The position numbers and the translations under genes were made by a program. Shown here one piece after another: positions 19,750 to 29,739 of a stretch of DNA of 64,000 nt. The notes under the pieces were generated by a model. The model saw only the letters and a program-made list of their open reading frames with translations. It was not told where the DNA came from and did not search any database. How positions within the stretch are numbered: position 1 is the first letter of the stretch; each line of letters starts with the position of its first letter. This stretch comes from a virus. Where the stretch lies: IMG/VR virus record IMGVR_UViG_3300025769_000069, one strand, 5' to 3'.

Positions 19750-21012
19750 ATGAAATTTAGTATTATTACACCTGAACATGATCCAGGAAATATTCCTTTT
19801 CTTTTAGAATTATTTGATTGTGTTCTTAATCAAACATACAAAGATTGGGAATGGATTTTATATTTAAATAATAAAATTCAAGTTGAGCATATTCCGGATC
19901 AAATTAAAAATCATCCTCAAGTAATTGTATTTAGGACTCATGATACTGATACAAATATTGGTGCAATCAAAAACGCAGCATTTAGTATTGGCACTGGCGA
20001 TGTTTTAGTAGAAGTAGATCATGATGATTTAATTACTCCAGATTGTTTGGAAGAATTAAAAAAAGCATATGAATCTGATCCAGAAGTTGGATTCGTATAC
20101 AGTGATAATGCTGTATTACAAATGGAAGGCGAGTTTATTCCATATGATTCATCCGGCGGCTGGACATGGCGTGAATTTGAATGGAAAGGCCAGACTTTGC
20201 CAGCAATGCATAGTTTTGAACCAACCGCTCAAGCTTTAAGCTACATATGGTATGCTCCAGACCATGTTCGTTCTTGGAGAAAAGAAGTCTATATTGAAGT
20301 TGGTGGACATAATCCCGAGCTTTCTATTTGCGATGACCATGAACTTATGATGCGCACATATCTCATTACTAAAATGAAACGTGTACCAAAAGTCCTTTAC
20401 ATTTACAGAATTACTGGTAATAATACATGGTTAGAGCGTAATGAAGCAATTCAAGTAAAAACTGTAGATCTATTTAGAGAATATGGCCAAAGGCTAGCAG
20501 AAAGAGATGCTCAGCATCGAGGATTATTATGTGTAGATATTGGTGGAGGTTTAAATCCATATCCTGGTTATCATACTGTAGATATTCGTGAAACAGCAGA
20601 TACAGTAGCTGATTTAAATAATGGAATCCCATTACCTGATAATAGTGTTGGTGTGTTAAATGCAAGTCATATATTAGAACACTTAGAAGATAAAACAAAA
20701 ATCATGGGTGAAATTCATAGAGTATTAGCTCATGGTGGTTGGGCCTTTATTGAAGTTCCAAGTACAGATGGACGAGGAGCATTTCAAGATCCAACACATG
20801 TAAGTTATTGGAATGAAAATAGCTTCTTATATTATACAGATAAATACTTAGGAGATTTTATAGATAATGATTCAATTCGTTTTCAAGAATTTCGTAAAGA
20901 AACATATTATCCAAATGAATGGATGCAAAATTTACAAGTGTTGGTCACAACCGCATGGCTAACAGCAGTAAAACAAGATGAACCGCGATACCCGCATGTT
21001 TTGAATATTTAA
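19750..21012 (+). CDS. GT2 glycosyltransferase fused to SAM-dependent methyltransferase-like domain
   Basis: FSIITP...EVDHDD...VGFVYSD...DDHEL (GT-A); DIGGG...ASHILEHL...IHRVLAHGG (class I MTase). Confidence 0.8.
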   Translation: MKFSIITPEHDPGNIPFLLELFDCVLNQTYKDWEWILYLNNKIQVEHIPDQIKNHPQVIVFRTHDTDTNIGAIKNAAFSIGTGDVLVEVDHDDLITPDCLEELKKAYESDPEVGFVYSDNAVLQMEGEFIPYDSSGGWTWREFEWKGQTLPAMHSFEPTAQALSYIWYAPDHVRSWRKEVYIEVGGHNPELSICDDHELMMRTYLITKMKRVPKVLYIYRITGNNTWLERNEAIQVKTVDLFREYGQRLAERDAQHRGLLCVDIGGGLNPYPGYHTVDIRETADTVADLNNGIPLPDNSVGVLNASHILEHLEDKTKIMGEIHRVLAHGGWAFIEVPSTDGRGAFQDPTHVSYWNENSFLYYTDKYLGDFIDNDSIRFQEFRKETYYPNEWMQNLQVLVTTAWLTAVKQDEPRYPHVLNI

Positions 21013-21023
21013 AAGGTGAATGA

Positions 21024-22046
21024 ATGAAAAGAATTTTAATTACTGGTGGTGCTGGTTTTATTGCCCATCATCTAATTGGTCAAGTACTTAAAAGAACTGA
21101 TTGGGAAATTGTTACTCTAGATCGTCTAGATTATAGTGGTAACTTAAACCGCTTGCACGATTTATTGCAAGATTATACTCCAGCAGAACGTAAAAGAGTT
21201 CGCACAATTTACCACGATTTTAAAGCTGAAATTAACCCAATGCTTAAATCTGACATTGGTAAAATTGACATCGTTGCTCATTTAGCCGCTGGTTCTCATG
21301 TTGATAGATCCATTGAGAGACCAATGGAATTTGTTATGGATAATGTTGTTGGCACATGTAATGTATTGGAATTTGCCAAACAGCAAGATAATTTAGAACG
21401 CTTTTTATATTTCTCAACTGATGAAGTATTTGGGCCCGCCCCTGATGGAATTAAATATGATGAGTATGATCGTTATAATTGTACTAATCCATATTCCGCA
21501 TCAAAAGCTGGTGGTGAAGAACTAGCAGTCGCTTATCAAAATACTTATAGCATGCCTATATACATTACACACACAATGAATGTATTTGGACAAAGACAAC
21601 ATCCAGAAAAGTTTATTCCTCTTTGTATTAAAAAAGCGAGAGATGGAGAAACAGTAACAATTCACAGTGATGCATCTAAAACTATACCAGGATCGCGCCA
21701 TTATATTCACGCAGAAGATGTAGCTGATGCTACTTTATTCTTACTAGAAAATAAGAATACTTTAGATATGACAAACAACTCTGGCATTAAATGCCCTAAG
21801 TTTAACATCTGTGGAGCTACAGAAATAAATAACCTAGAATTAGCACAAATGATTGCTGATGCTCAAGGAAAGGAATTATATTATGAATTTATGGATTTCC
21901 ATTCTAGCCGTCCTGGCCATGATCTTCGTTATGCTCTTAGTGGGGATCGTATGGCGCGGATGGGTTGGAGTCCAAAAAGAGTTGAACGAAGAATTGAAGA
22001 AGTTGTGCGATGGACTTTAGAAAATGATAGATGGTTAATGATTTAA
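21024..22046 (+). CDS. NAD-dependent epimerase/dehydratase (dTDP-glucose 4,6-dehydratase/RmlB-like)
   Basis: ITGGAGFI, HLAAGSHVDRSI, STDEVFG, PYSASK, RPGHDLRYAL. Confidence 0.9.
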   Translation: MKRILITGGAGFIAHHLIGQVLKRTDWEIVTLDRLDYSGNLNRLHDLLQDYTPAERKRVRTIYHDFKAEINPMLKSDIGKIDIVAHLAAGSHVDRSIERPMEFVMDNVVGTCNVLEFAKQQDNLERFLYFSTDEVFGPAPDGIKYDEYDRYNCTNPYSASKAGGEELAVAYQNTYSMPIYITHTMNVFGQRQHPEKFIPLCIKKARDGETVTIHSDASKTIPGSRHYIHAEDVADATLFLLENKNTLDMTNNSGIKCPKFNICGATEINNLELAQMIADAQGKELYYEFMDFHSSRPGHDLRYALSGDRMARMGWSPKRVERRIEEVVRWTLENDRWLMI

Positions 22047-22058
22047 AGGAATAAGATA

Positions 22059-23468
22059 ATGTTGAATTTAGGAAAACTACCAGCATCAGTTGAACAACAA
22101 CGGATGACACACAAAGAAAATATTGAGAAACAATCGGCAACAAGCGCGCCACTAGAAGCGCGATCAGAACGTCAAGTTCAAGGTGCGCTGACTCCAAAAG
22201 AAATTTTTGAACGACATGGAATGTGTGTAATTACAGAAGTTGTTAATGAAGAAGAATGTAAAAAACTTTCAAAGCACATGTTCGATTTATTTGAACAAGG
22301 AAAATTAAGTAAAGATCCTCAGTGCCCTCTTTCTGATTCAATATATGGTGATCCAATTTGGGATAAGATGCTAGAAGATTTTGCAAAACCAATCGGAGAA
22401 TATATTGGTTATGAACTTCTTCCAACATACACATATGCTAGAATTTATAGAAAAGGTGAAGAATTAAAAATTCATAAAGATCGTCCTTCATGCGAAATCA
22501 GCGCTACGATGACGATTGATTTCGCTGATTATCCAATTTGGCCAATTCATATGGGCAGTGAACGTAATGTCATCATAGATAGAGGTGATATGATTGTTTA
22601 TAAAGGATGCGAATTGGATCACTGGAGAGATCCATTTAAAGGCGAATGGCAAGTTCAAGTATTTTTCCATTATGTTGATGCAAATGGACCCCATAAAGAT
22701 CTGCATAAAGATGGAAGAAATAATTTAGGTGAAAAGAAAGAAAATCCGGCAGAAAGACCTGAACCTGATATTTTCAAAGATTTAAGAGGATATGCTAATC
22801 AGCAGCTTATGACATTTGGAAATCTTCATCATAACGGTTTTACTGTTTTAAATTCTCATGATTATGATGTTCCTGGTTATATGGGAATTGAGCCAGATGA
22901 AACAAATCATGATTTTACACTTACACCTGAAGATTGTAAACTTTTAATAGATGAAATTGTTAATAAACAATATGCTGTAGATGCCGGCGTTGGATCCAAT
23001 ATGACGGGTTCTTCAGTTACAAAAGAAATTAGAAGTTGTAAAATATATGCTATTCCAAAAGACGAAAGATTTATTCATATCTATAACAAAATTATTTCTT
23101 CGGTTTCTATAGCAAATAAGTTTTATTATGACTTCGAATTAACTGGATTCTTAGGAGAACTTCAATTACTAGAATATAAACATGATGAAAACTCTAGCGT
23201 TCCAGATCATTATAATTGGCATGCTGATTGTGGCCCTGGTGAATCTGCAACTAGAAAACTATCCGTAGTTGTACAATTAACAGATCCTTCAGAGTATGAA
23301 GGGTGCGAACTTGTTATAAATAACAATGGAATGGAACTGGAAGCTTCCAAAAAGCAAGGGACAATTAATATGTTTCCAAGCTACTCTATACACACAGTGA
23401 AACCTATAACAAAAGGAACAAGACATTGTATAGTTGTTTGGATTCATGGAAACAAACGTTTTAGATAA
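22059..23468 (+). CDS. Tandem two-domain 2OG-Fe(II) dioxygenase
   Basis: Domain 1 HKDRPSCE...HWR...QVFFHY; domain 2 WHAD...RKLSVVVQL...HTVKPITKGTRHCIVVW. Confidence 0.8.
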   Translation: MLNLGKLPASVEQQRMTHKENIEKQSATSAPLEARSERQVQGALTPKEIFERHGMCVITEVVNEEECKKLSKHMFDLFEQGKLSKDPQCPLSDSIYGDPIWDKMLEDFAKPIGEYIGYELLPTYTYARIYRKGEELKIHKDRPSCEISATMTIDFADYPIWPIHMGSERNVIIDRGDMIVYKGCELDHWRDPFKGEWQVQVFFHYVDANGPHKDLHKDGRNNLGEKKENPAERPEPDIFKDLRGYANQQLMTFGNLHHNGFTVLNSHDYDVPGYMGIEPDETNHDFTLTPEDCKLLIDEIVNKQYAVDAGVGSNMTGSSVTKEIRSCKIYAIPKDERFIHIYNKIISSVSIANKFYYDFELTGFLGELQLLEYKHDENSSVPDHYNWHADCGPGESATRKLSVVVQLTDPSEYEGCELVINNNGMELEASKKQGTINMFPSYSIHTVKPITKGTRHCIVVWIHGNKRFR

Positions 23469-23482
23469 ATGAAGGGTTTATA

Positions 23483-24439
23483 ATGGCAAAGAAAGCGAAA
23501 AATGAACTGGCAGAAGCGACAACTCCTGCAATGACAATAATTGATAAAGTAGATCAATTTTTGGCATCTAAAGATTATGACAATTTCACCGTACCATTAG
23601 ATGAAGTAATTGGTGGAAAATTTTTAGAAAATCAAGAAAGCTTTGGAGGAAAAACTTTAGCTGAAAATGCTGTAATATGTCAACAAACAATGGACATTGC
23701 ATCTGATCTTCATGAGATTTGGAATCATGGCCATACTCAATTTGCATGGAAACATATTAATTTTTCAGCGCTTGATGACGTTATTAATATGAGACAAATA
23801 TCTGCAGAACTTAGTAACAAAGCAAGTATCTTAAATGGTGCTAAATGGGGCGCTATTGAAACTCAAGTTAAAATTGCTGAATTAGAGTGGAGGCTATCTC
23901 AACTTGATGAAACAAAAAATGAAATGCACAGATTTAAAAAAATGAAAATTATCATGTCTTTGGCTCAAATGAGAGAAAGTGCTGAGGAAAACAAAAGAAT
24001 GCTAGAAGGCACTATGAAAGATATGATTGCTCTAAAAGATTCATATGATCAATTAAATCAAAGGGTTTCGGATATTAGTGAATATGATGTTGAAAAAAAT
24101 CAACCATACCAGCACATGGTGAAATCAATTAATCAGTGTATAAGAGACGTAAGACAATATGGTATGATTTCTAAAGGTGAGCAAGAGTATGCTGAACAAA
24201 TTGGAATAAACCCATCAAAATTGTTAATGGCAATTAAAAATTATTTAGAAAAAGAAGCTATATCAGAATCATGGGACACCAGAGAGCTTAAAATATTTGT
24301 CACTTCATTAGCAAAAGAATTGGCAGAAAATCTTAAAGTTAGTGAAATTAGATCTGAAATGGCCGGATTTAGAGATGAACCAATCGAAGGAGCTTCTTCA
24401 ATTAAAAAAGTAGCACGTTTAGAAAAATCTGAGGAGTAA
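23483..24439 (+). CDS. Coiled-coil hypothetical protein
   Basis: 318-aa helical ORF with SD, in operon. Confidence 0.65.
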   Translation: MAKKAKNELAEATTPAMTIIDKVDQFLASKDYDNFTVPLDEVIGGKFLENQESFGGKTLAENAVICQQTMDIASDLHEIWNHGHTQFAWKHINFSALDDVINMRQISAELSNKASILNGAKWGAIETQVKIAELEWRLSQLDETKNEMHRFKKMKIIMSLAQMRESAEENKRMLEGTMKDMIALKDSYDQLNQRVSDISEYDVEKNQPYQHMVKSINQCIRDVRQYGMISKGEQEYAEQIGINPSKLLMAIKNYLEKEAISESWDTRELKIFVTSLAKELAENLKVSEIRSEMAGFRDEPIEGASSIKKVARLEKSEE

Positions 24440-24443
24440 ACAA

Positions 24444-24836
24444 ATGGGTCGTTTAGTGGAATATAGAAATCATAGGAATCCATTAGATAAATCTCCTATT
24501 GAGCCGGGATTTATTTCACTTGGCGGTTTAGATCATAATGATTCAGATATGACTTATGTTGGATGGATTAGTGAAATTTTTCTCACTGAAACCTATGTTC
24601 CAGATGGTATTGTATTTTTAGATAGCGCATCATACATTGCTAGATCACTGCAATTAAAGGAAAGTATGCCTAGTGCTTTCATATTCCTTGATAGCGCCGA
24701 TCAGCCTTGGGGATATGACGCAGATGGTTATCCACTAAAGATGAGTGATGATTCATGCGCAGCTGTTGCAATTGAAACTTATAATCATTATGTTTCAACT
24801 TATACTCAAATGGAAGCAGAAGGAACTCTTAGATAA
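24444..24836 (+). CDS. Hypothetical protein
   Basis: 130-aa ORF, SD GAGGAG, stop overlaps next start. Confidence 0.6.
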   Translation: MGRLVEYRNHRNPLDKSPIEPGFISLGGLDHNDSDMTYVGWISEIFLTETYVPDGIVFLDSASYIARSLQLKESMPSAFIFLDSADQPWGYDADGYPLKMSDDSCAAVAIETYNHYVSTYTQMEAEGTLR

Positions 24837-26308
24837 TGCCTATTATAATGACAGGAAATTCTGTTGTATTTTATGGTGGAGTCCCTTCAGCTCCACCTGA
24901 TACAGCTCCTGTGGCGCCAACTGTATATGGCCCTACTGTTACTCCAACAGTGCCTGCAGCAAGTGTTGGAATTAAAGGCCGTGCCAACGATCAAGCAGAA
25001 ATTAAGATGACTTCCTTTGGCCCATATGGATGGGAGATAGGTCCTGGTTATTTAAATGCAGATTTGAAATTGACAGTTGGAGATGAGCCCTGGGAAATTG
25101 GCAGTGAAAGATTGTATACAATGGCAGGGTTACAATCTCCGCAGGTTCCCTCAGCACTTGTAACCGGCACATACGCCGGTGATGCTGTTGATTTTAATCC
25201 TTTTGCTGTTCCATCTGTTCCTTCAGTTCTTATAGGATCTTTATCAGGGTCTAATATGCCAAGTGGTGTGGACACTTGGTCAGACGGTAGATTTGCATAT
25301 TTGCAAACGATTGGTGGTGGGGTTCCATTTTATCCCTATTATAATCCAGCCTATATCACCCTCCGTGGTGCGAGAATGCCTTATGCTTTAACTACACCAG
25401 CACCATCGTCGACAGCAAATATCGTTTCACAAGATATTAACCCCGCACCGATATTCCTCGCTGGTGGGTATCTAGCACAAAGCTATGGCGCAACAAGAGT
25501 TGCTTCTGCTCCAAGCAATGCATATTCCACCACTCTGAATTTTAAAATTCCAAGGTCTCCTGGAACACCGTGGGCAACCGCATGGAACGGATCTATGGAA
25601 GCCAGCCGGGTAAAATTTCCATACGCTGGTCAAGTATCAGTAGCGATACCTGTCGCTCCATTAGCACCATATGGCGCCCCAGCATATAGCGCGTATAGAA
25701 CTACTAGTCGAGCCGACCATACTAGATATACTAATAATGGTCATATACATACAGGCCCACGCCAAACGGAATACGGCAACACCGGAGGCACTTTAAAATT
25801 TAATAGGTACTCAACTGCGTCAGAAACTGATTGGGAAACTACAGCAACAATTAGTTTAGGTAGCCAGCCACATAATATTTGGACAACTCCAACTTATGCT
25901 AACACTCCATACCAACCATATACAGGAGGCAACTACGGCCATGTCGACGGTGGATTTACTGTAGAATCACCTACTCAAGGTCTTGTTGCGGGCCAAAGTA
26001 GGGTTGCTCCATTCAACCCCTCTACTGGGAGCCTGTTTTGGAAACATATTGGGTGGCCTGGTGCTAGTGGTACAAGTATTACTGGACTTAGATTTTCTAT
26101 TGGTTGGAATCCTCTTACGATGTTAAGCCCCATAAATAAAACAGAATCAAGTGAGGATGCTATGTGGTTCTCTTTTAGTTATAGTAATAATGGTTATGGG
26201 CTTTATAGAATTCCCTATGCAGCATCACCAGACATTTATGTCAATCATACACCTCAAGGGATCGGCTATCGCAGACCTAAAAAAAGCGGCGGGTCGGTTG
26301 TAGTATAA
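24836..26308 (+). CDS. Pro/Thr/Ser-rich putative virion protein 1
   Basis: MPI start; recurring (K/R)(F/M/I)PYA motifs suggesting degenerate propeller blades. Confidence 0.6.
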   Translation: MPIIMTGNSVVFYGGVPSAPPDTAPVAPTVYGPTVTPTVPAASVGIKGRANDQAEIKMTSFGPYGWEIGPGYLNADLKLTVGDEPWEIGSERLYTMAGLQSPQVPSALVTGTYAGDAVDFNPFAVPSVPSVLIGSLSGSNMPSGVDTWSDGRFAYLQTIGGGVPFYPYYNPAYITLRGARMPYALTTPAPSSTANIVSQDINPAPIFLAGGYLAQSYGATRVASAPSNAYSTTLNFKIPRSPGTPWATAWNGSMEASRVKFPYAGQVSVAIPVAPLAPYGAPAYSAYRTTSRADHTRYTNNGHIHTGPRQTEYGNTGGTLKFNRYSTASETDWETTATISLGSQPHNIWTTPTYANTPYQPYTGGNYGHVDGGFTVESPTQGLVAGQSRVAPFNPSTGSLFWKHIGWPGASGTSITGLRFSIGWNPLTMLSPINKTESSEDAMWFSFSYSNNGYGLYRIPYAASPDIYVNHTPQGIGYRRPKKSGGSVVV

Positions 26309-26322
26309 TATGAGGAAAAATA

Positions 26323-27615
26323 ATGCCAATTAAAATTTCATCAACTGCGAATACAGCAACAATAGAAAATACAGAAGGCACTTCTATTGTCTTTGAATCC
26401 AATAAAATATCAACCGGTGGGGGCTTATTCGTTGATGTTGACCCATCAGCTTTGTCACCTGCGAACATAATTTCGTTTCCCGGACCTGTCAGCGTTAACG
26501 TATCTACTTCTCCCGCTCCCTATCTTGACCCTACAATCCCAGCCCCAAGCAACTATACTATTCCTTCTCCTGCTCCAGTCGTCGCGGCTGGTTACCCACA
26601 ATCGATAATTGAGGGCTATCCAGGATCGTTCTATATAAACGTAAGTGGGGATGCTGCTGGGGTAGAAGTTCCATATAGTTTTACTGGACCAGCTGCGAAC
26701 ACAAATGATCTCTACTTTCCACAACATCCTGCTCCCACGCAAGGAGACTTTATTAGTGGGTCTATAACTTCACCCGGTATCCTTTATTGGTCGCACGCCG
26801 CGGATCAAACAACAGAAACTTATCCAGAGTATTATGAAATAAATCTTCCAAGTTTCTTGTACCCGGCCGGAACCATTCACGTAGAACTTGCTGAAGGTTC
26901 TTACACGCCGCAACCGATTGGATCAACTCCACCATATAAAGTTGGTGGACAATTTTTATCAGGCACATACGATTATCGCGCTCCTGGATATTATGGCATA
27001 CTTGGTTCAGGCCCTCTGGCTAAAGGAGTAAGATTTGCTTTTCCTCAACCAGAATTAATTGCTGGAGGATTCTCTCCAGGTAGTCCAGTTACTTTAAACT
27101 CTGCAACAGTATACATATACAAGAATACCGAGACGGCTGCTACTACATACACTAATTATCAGCTAGCAATAGGTCATCATCCTCAAAATAATTGGCCAAG
27201 AACTAATAGTCTTATCTTTGGATCCACGCCAACTATTCCTCAAGGAGCGACTCAAACAGTAGTATATGGACCAACTCCCCTAGTAGTACCAACAACCGCA
27301 TTGGGTGCATTTACTATTCCTTTTAGTACTCCATTTACTTATCCAGGAACTGGGAGTATTCAAATTACTGCTATTAGCCAAAACTCACCATATAAAGCGC
27401 ATAATATCTTAGTCAAAGAATTGAAGGTACCAACAGGATTAGCGCCCAGTCCCACTGCAATTGCGGCTGAGTGGGGCCCTCCTGCTCCTTCAACGTATCC
27501 AAACAACCAGAGTTATGTTTTTGTTTATCCTGGCAATTCAAATTCATTAACTCCGACAAGTTTCTTTCCAAATATTCAATATGCTAGACCAGTCATTCAT
27601 TTTAATACTACATAG
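26323..27615 (+). CDS. Pro/Thr/Ser-rich putative virion protein 2
   Basis: MPI start; SPAP/PAPS tracts; C-terminal TIPFSTPFTYPGTGSIQI beta-sandwich-like segment. Confidence 0.6.
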   Translation: MPIKISSTANTATIENTEGTSIVFESNKISTGGGLFVDVDPSALSPANIISFPGPVSVNVSTSPAPYLDPTIPAPSNYTIPSPAPVVAAGYPQSIIEGYPGSFYINVSGDAAGVEVPYSFTGPAANTNDLYFPQHPAPTQGDFISGSITSPGILYWSHAADQTTETYPEYYEINLPSFLYPAGTIHVELAEGSYTPQPIGSTPPYKVGGQFLSGTYDYRAPGYYGILGSGPLAKGVRFAFPQPELIAGGFSPGSPVTLNSATVYIYKNTETAATTYTNYQLAIGHHPQNNWPRTNSLIFGSTPTIPQGATQTVVYGPTPLVVPTTALGAFTIPFSTPFTYPGTGSIQITAISQNSPYKAHNILVKELKVPTGLAPSPTAIAAEWGPPAPSTYPNNQSYVFVYPGNSNSLTPTSFFPNIQYARPVIHFNTT

Positions 27616-27623
27616 AGAATAAA

Positions 27624-28946
27624 ATGCCAATCACGTTTAGACAATATAACGGTCCAACTACTACAGGTTATAACTTTGAAATAGACACGCCCCATGCTGG
27701 TCTAAGGACGATAACTGCGACTCAACCTAATCCAGGACTTCCGCAAGCAACTCCACTTGGTTATCCAAGTATAAGTTTTACAGCTGTGTCATCTCCAGCT
27801 GCACCTCAAGGTGCTCCATTTGCAAACTTTAACGTAAGAGATACTAATGTTAAAGTAATTGCCGGCGCATTTTATTCTAGAGGCAACCGAGACATGATTG
27901 GCGAAATGGGATATTTTACTTGGGGCGTGTCACAATCGCCGACTATTCCGACATACGGCGGAAATATTATGCATACCGATTTTACTTCTCAGACAACTAT
28001 AACTGCTGGAAGATGGAGTCCTAGTATGCCTGGAATATATAAGCCAGGAAGAGCGGCATCACCTACTTCAATATATACTCTTGCTGGCGGCGCGCCTAAC
28101 TTGAATACGGCCACTAGTGGTGTATGGAAATTTCCAAAATCAACTACAACAGTAATTACATTATCACCTTCTACAGCAGCATCACCCGTTACATTTGGCA
28201 CACCAGTTGGAAATACATCTTCAGCTAGAGGAGGCGAATATTGGAGTGAATCTGTGAATGGTAAATATTATCAGGCTGGATGGCCAAACCCAACAATTTC
28301 TATGTATTCAGCTCCATACGCTAGTGATACTAATAGTGCAAGTGTAGGAACTATATCAACTCCGCAATGGACAACTTCTTTTGCTGGGGCGTCACAAGTA
28401 GGAAGTGCTAGAGATTATTCTTTCCATAGATGGGGAATGCAACCAGGGAATCCTTATTATCCCACAACTTCCCCTGGTACTGGTAGAGAAGTTTTTTCTA
28501 GATTACCATTTGCAGGTTATCCATATGGATCAGCTTACACCGTTCCAGATTTAGATATGATGCAAGGATATGGAGATACGCATCATCCATATGGAGGCAA
28601 CCATTTAGTAGCTAGCACTGTGGAAAATGGATATGTGTGGGGTGGATGGTATGGACCTAGCTCTGCTCCGCAGCCTTTTAATCGACAAGTGAGAGTCCAC
28701 CCATGGGCTAATTTTGATCTTAACTATATATTATTAGGTGATTCAAATGTGAAAGGAATAAGTGGCGGTAATGGAAATAATGAAGAAGAAGCTTTATATC
28801 ATGCATACGGCGGTAACTCTGGCAGCCCACACCCAGTATCCCAAGGATACGCATTTCCATTCGCTTCCACATTCCCAATAGCAACAACGGTTCCAACGAT
28901 CGACCATTGGCAGCAAAGCGCAGGTTCTGGCCATGCGCACAATTAG
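27624..28946 (+). CDS. Pro/Thr/Ser-rich putative virion protein 3 (kelch/propeller-like)
   Basis: MPI start; YTLAGG, YVWGG, HAYGG and KFPK/RLPFA/AFPFAS repeats. Confidence 0.6.
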   Translation: MPITFRQYNGPTTTGYNFEIDTPHAGLRTITATQPNPGLPQATPLGYPSISFTAVSSPAAPQGAPFANFNVRDTNVKVIAGAFYSRGNRDMIGEMGYFTWGVSQSPTIPTYGGNIMHTDFTSQTTITAGRWSPSMPGIYKPGRAASPTSIYTLAGGAPNLNTATSGVWKFPKSTTTVITLSPSTAASPVTFGTPVGNTSSARGGEYWSESVNGKYYQAGWPNPTISMYSAPYASDTNSASVGTISTPQWTTSFAGASQVGSARDYSFHRWGMQPGNPYYPTTSPGTGREVFSRLPFAGYPYGSAYTVPDLDMMQGYGDTHHPYGGNHLVASTVENGYVWGGWYGPSSAPQPFNRQVRVHPWANFDLNYILLGDSNVKGISGGNGNNEEEALYHAYGGNSGSPHPVSQGYAFPFASTFPIATTVPTIDHWQQSAGSGHAHN

Positions 28947-28954
28947 TATAAATA
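28947..28954 (+). promoter_or_regulatory. T4-type late promoter
   Basis: TATAAATA upstream of gp13. Confidence 0.85.
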
Positions 28955-28983
28955 GAATAAAAACATATTAAGGTTTTTCATCG

Positions 28984-29736
28984 ATGGCTAATCCAACTAC
29001 TAGACAAGGTTTAATTGATTATTGCATGAGATCATTAGGTGATCCTGTAATAGAAATTAATATTGATATTGATCAGCAAGAAGATCGTGTGGATGAGGCT
29101 TTGCAGTATTATCAAGAATTTCACTCTGACGCTACTTTAAGAACTTATCTTAAACACCAAGTAACATCTAGCGATATTACTAATGGATTTATTACATTAA
29201 ATTCAAACATTACATTTGTTTCTCAATTATTTCCTATTAAAGGCGGTTCAATTACAAAAGATTTTTTTGATATTAAATATCAATTGCATTTAAATGATAT
29301 TGCTAATCTTCAAACTTATATGGGTGATTTGGCATACTATGAACAAATGCAACAATATCTTTCTTTAATTGATATGAAATTAAATGGCTATCCACAGGTT
29401 CAATTTTCTAGAAGAGAAAATAGACTTTATATTCATGGCGATTTTGAAGATGGAGATATAAAAGCTAATGATTACATTGTTGCAGAAGTTTATCAAATTT
29501 TAGATCCCGCTACCAACACTTCAATTTATAACGATCGCTGGCTAAAGGAATATACAACTGCTCTATTTAAAAGACAATGGGGAAGCAATCTTATAAAATT
29601 TGAAGGAATGCAACTTCCTGGAGGAGTTACATTAAATGGCCGTCAAATTTATGAAGATGCTCAACAAGATTTAGATAGATTAAGAGAAGCAATTAGAACT
29701 GAGCATGAAATGCCAGCAGATTTCTTTGTGGGGTAA
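28984..29736 (+). CDS. gp13: Neck protein gp13
   Basis: LGDPVIEINI...Q.EDRVDEALQYY; KRQWGSNLIKF.GMQLPGGVTLNG. Confidence 0.92.
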   Translation: MANPTTRQGLIDYCMRSLGDPVIEINIDIDQQEDRVDEALQYYQEFHSDATLRTYLKHQVTSSDITNGFITLNSNITFVSQLFPIKGGSITKDFFDIKYQLHLNDIANLQTYMGDLAYYEQMQQYLSLIDMKLNGYPQVQFSRRENRLYIHGDFEDGDIKANDYIVAEVYQILDPATNTSIYNDRWLKEYTTALFKRQWGSNLIKFEGMQLPGGVTLNGRQIYEDAQQDLDRLREAIRTEHEMPADFFVG

Positions 29737-29739
29737 GTT

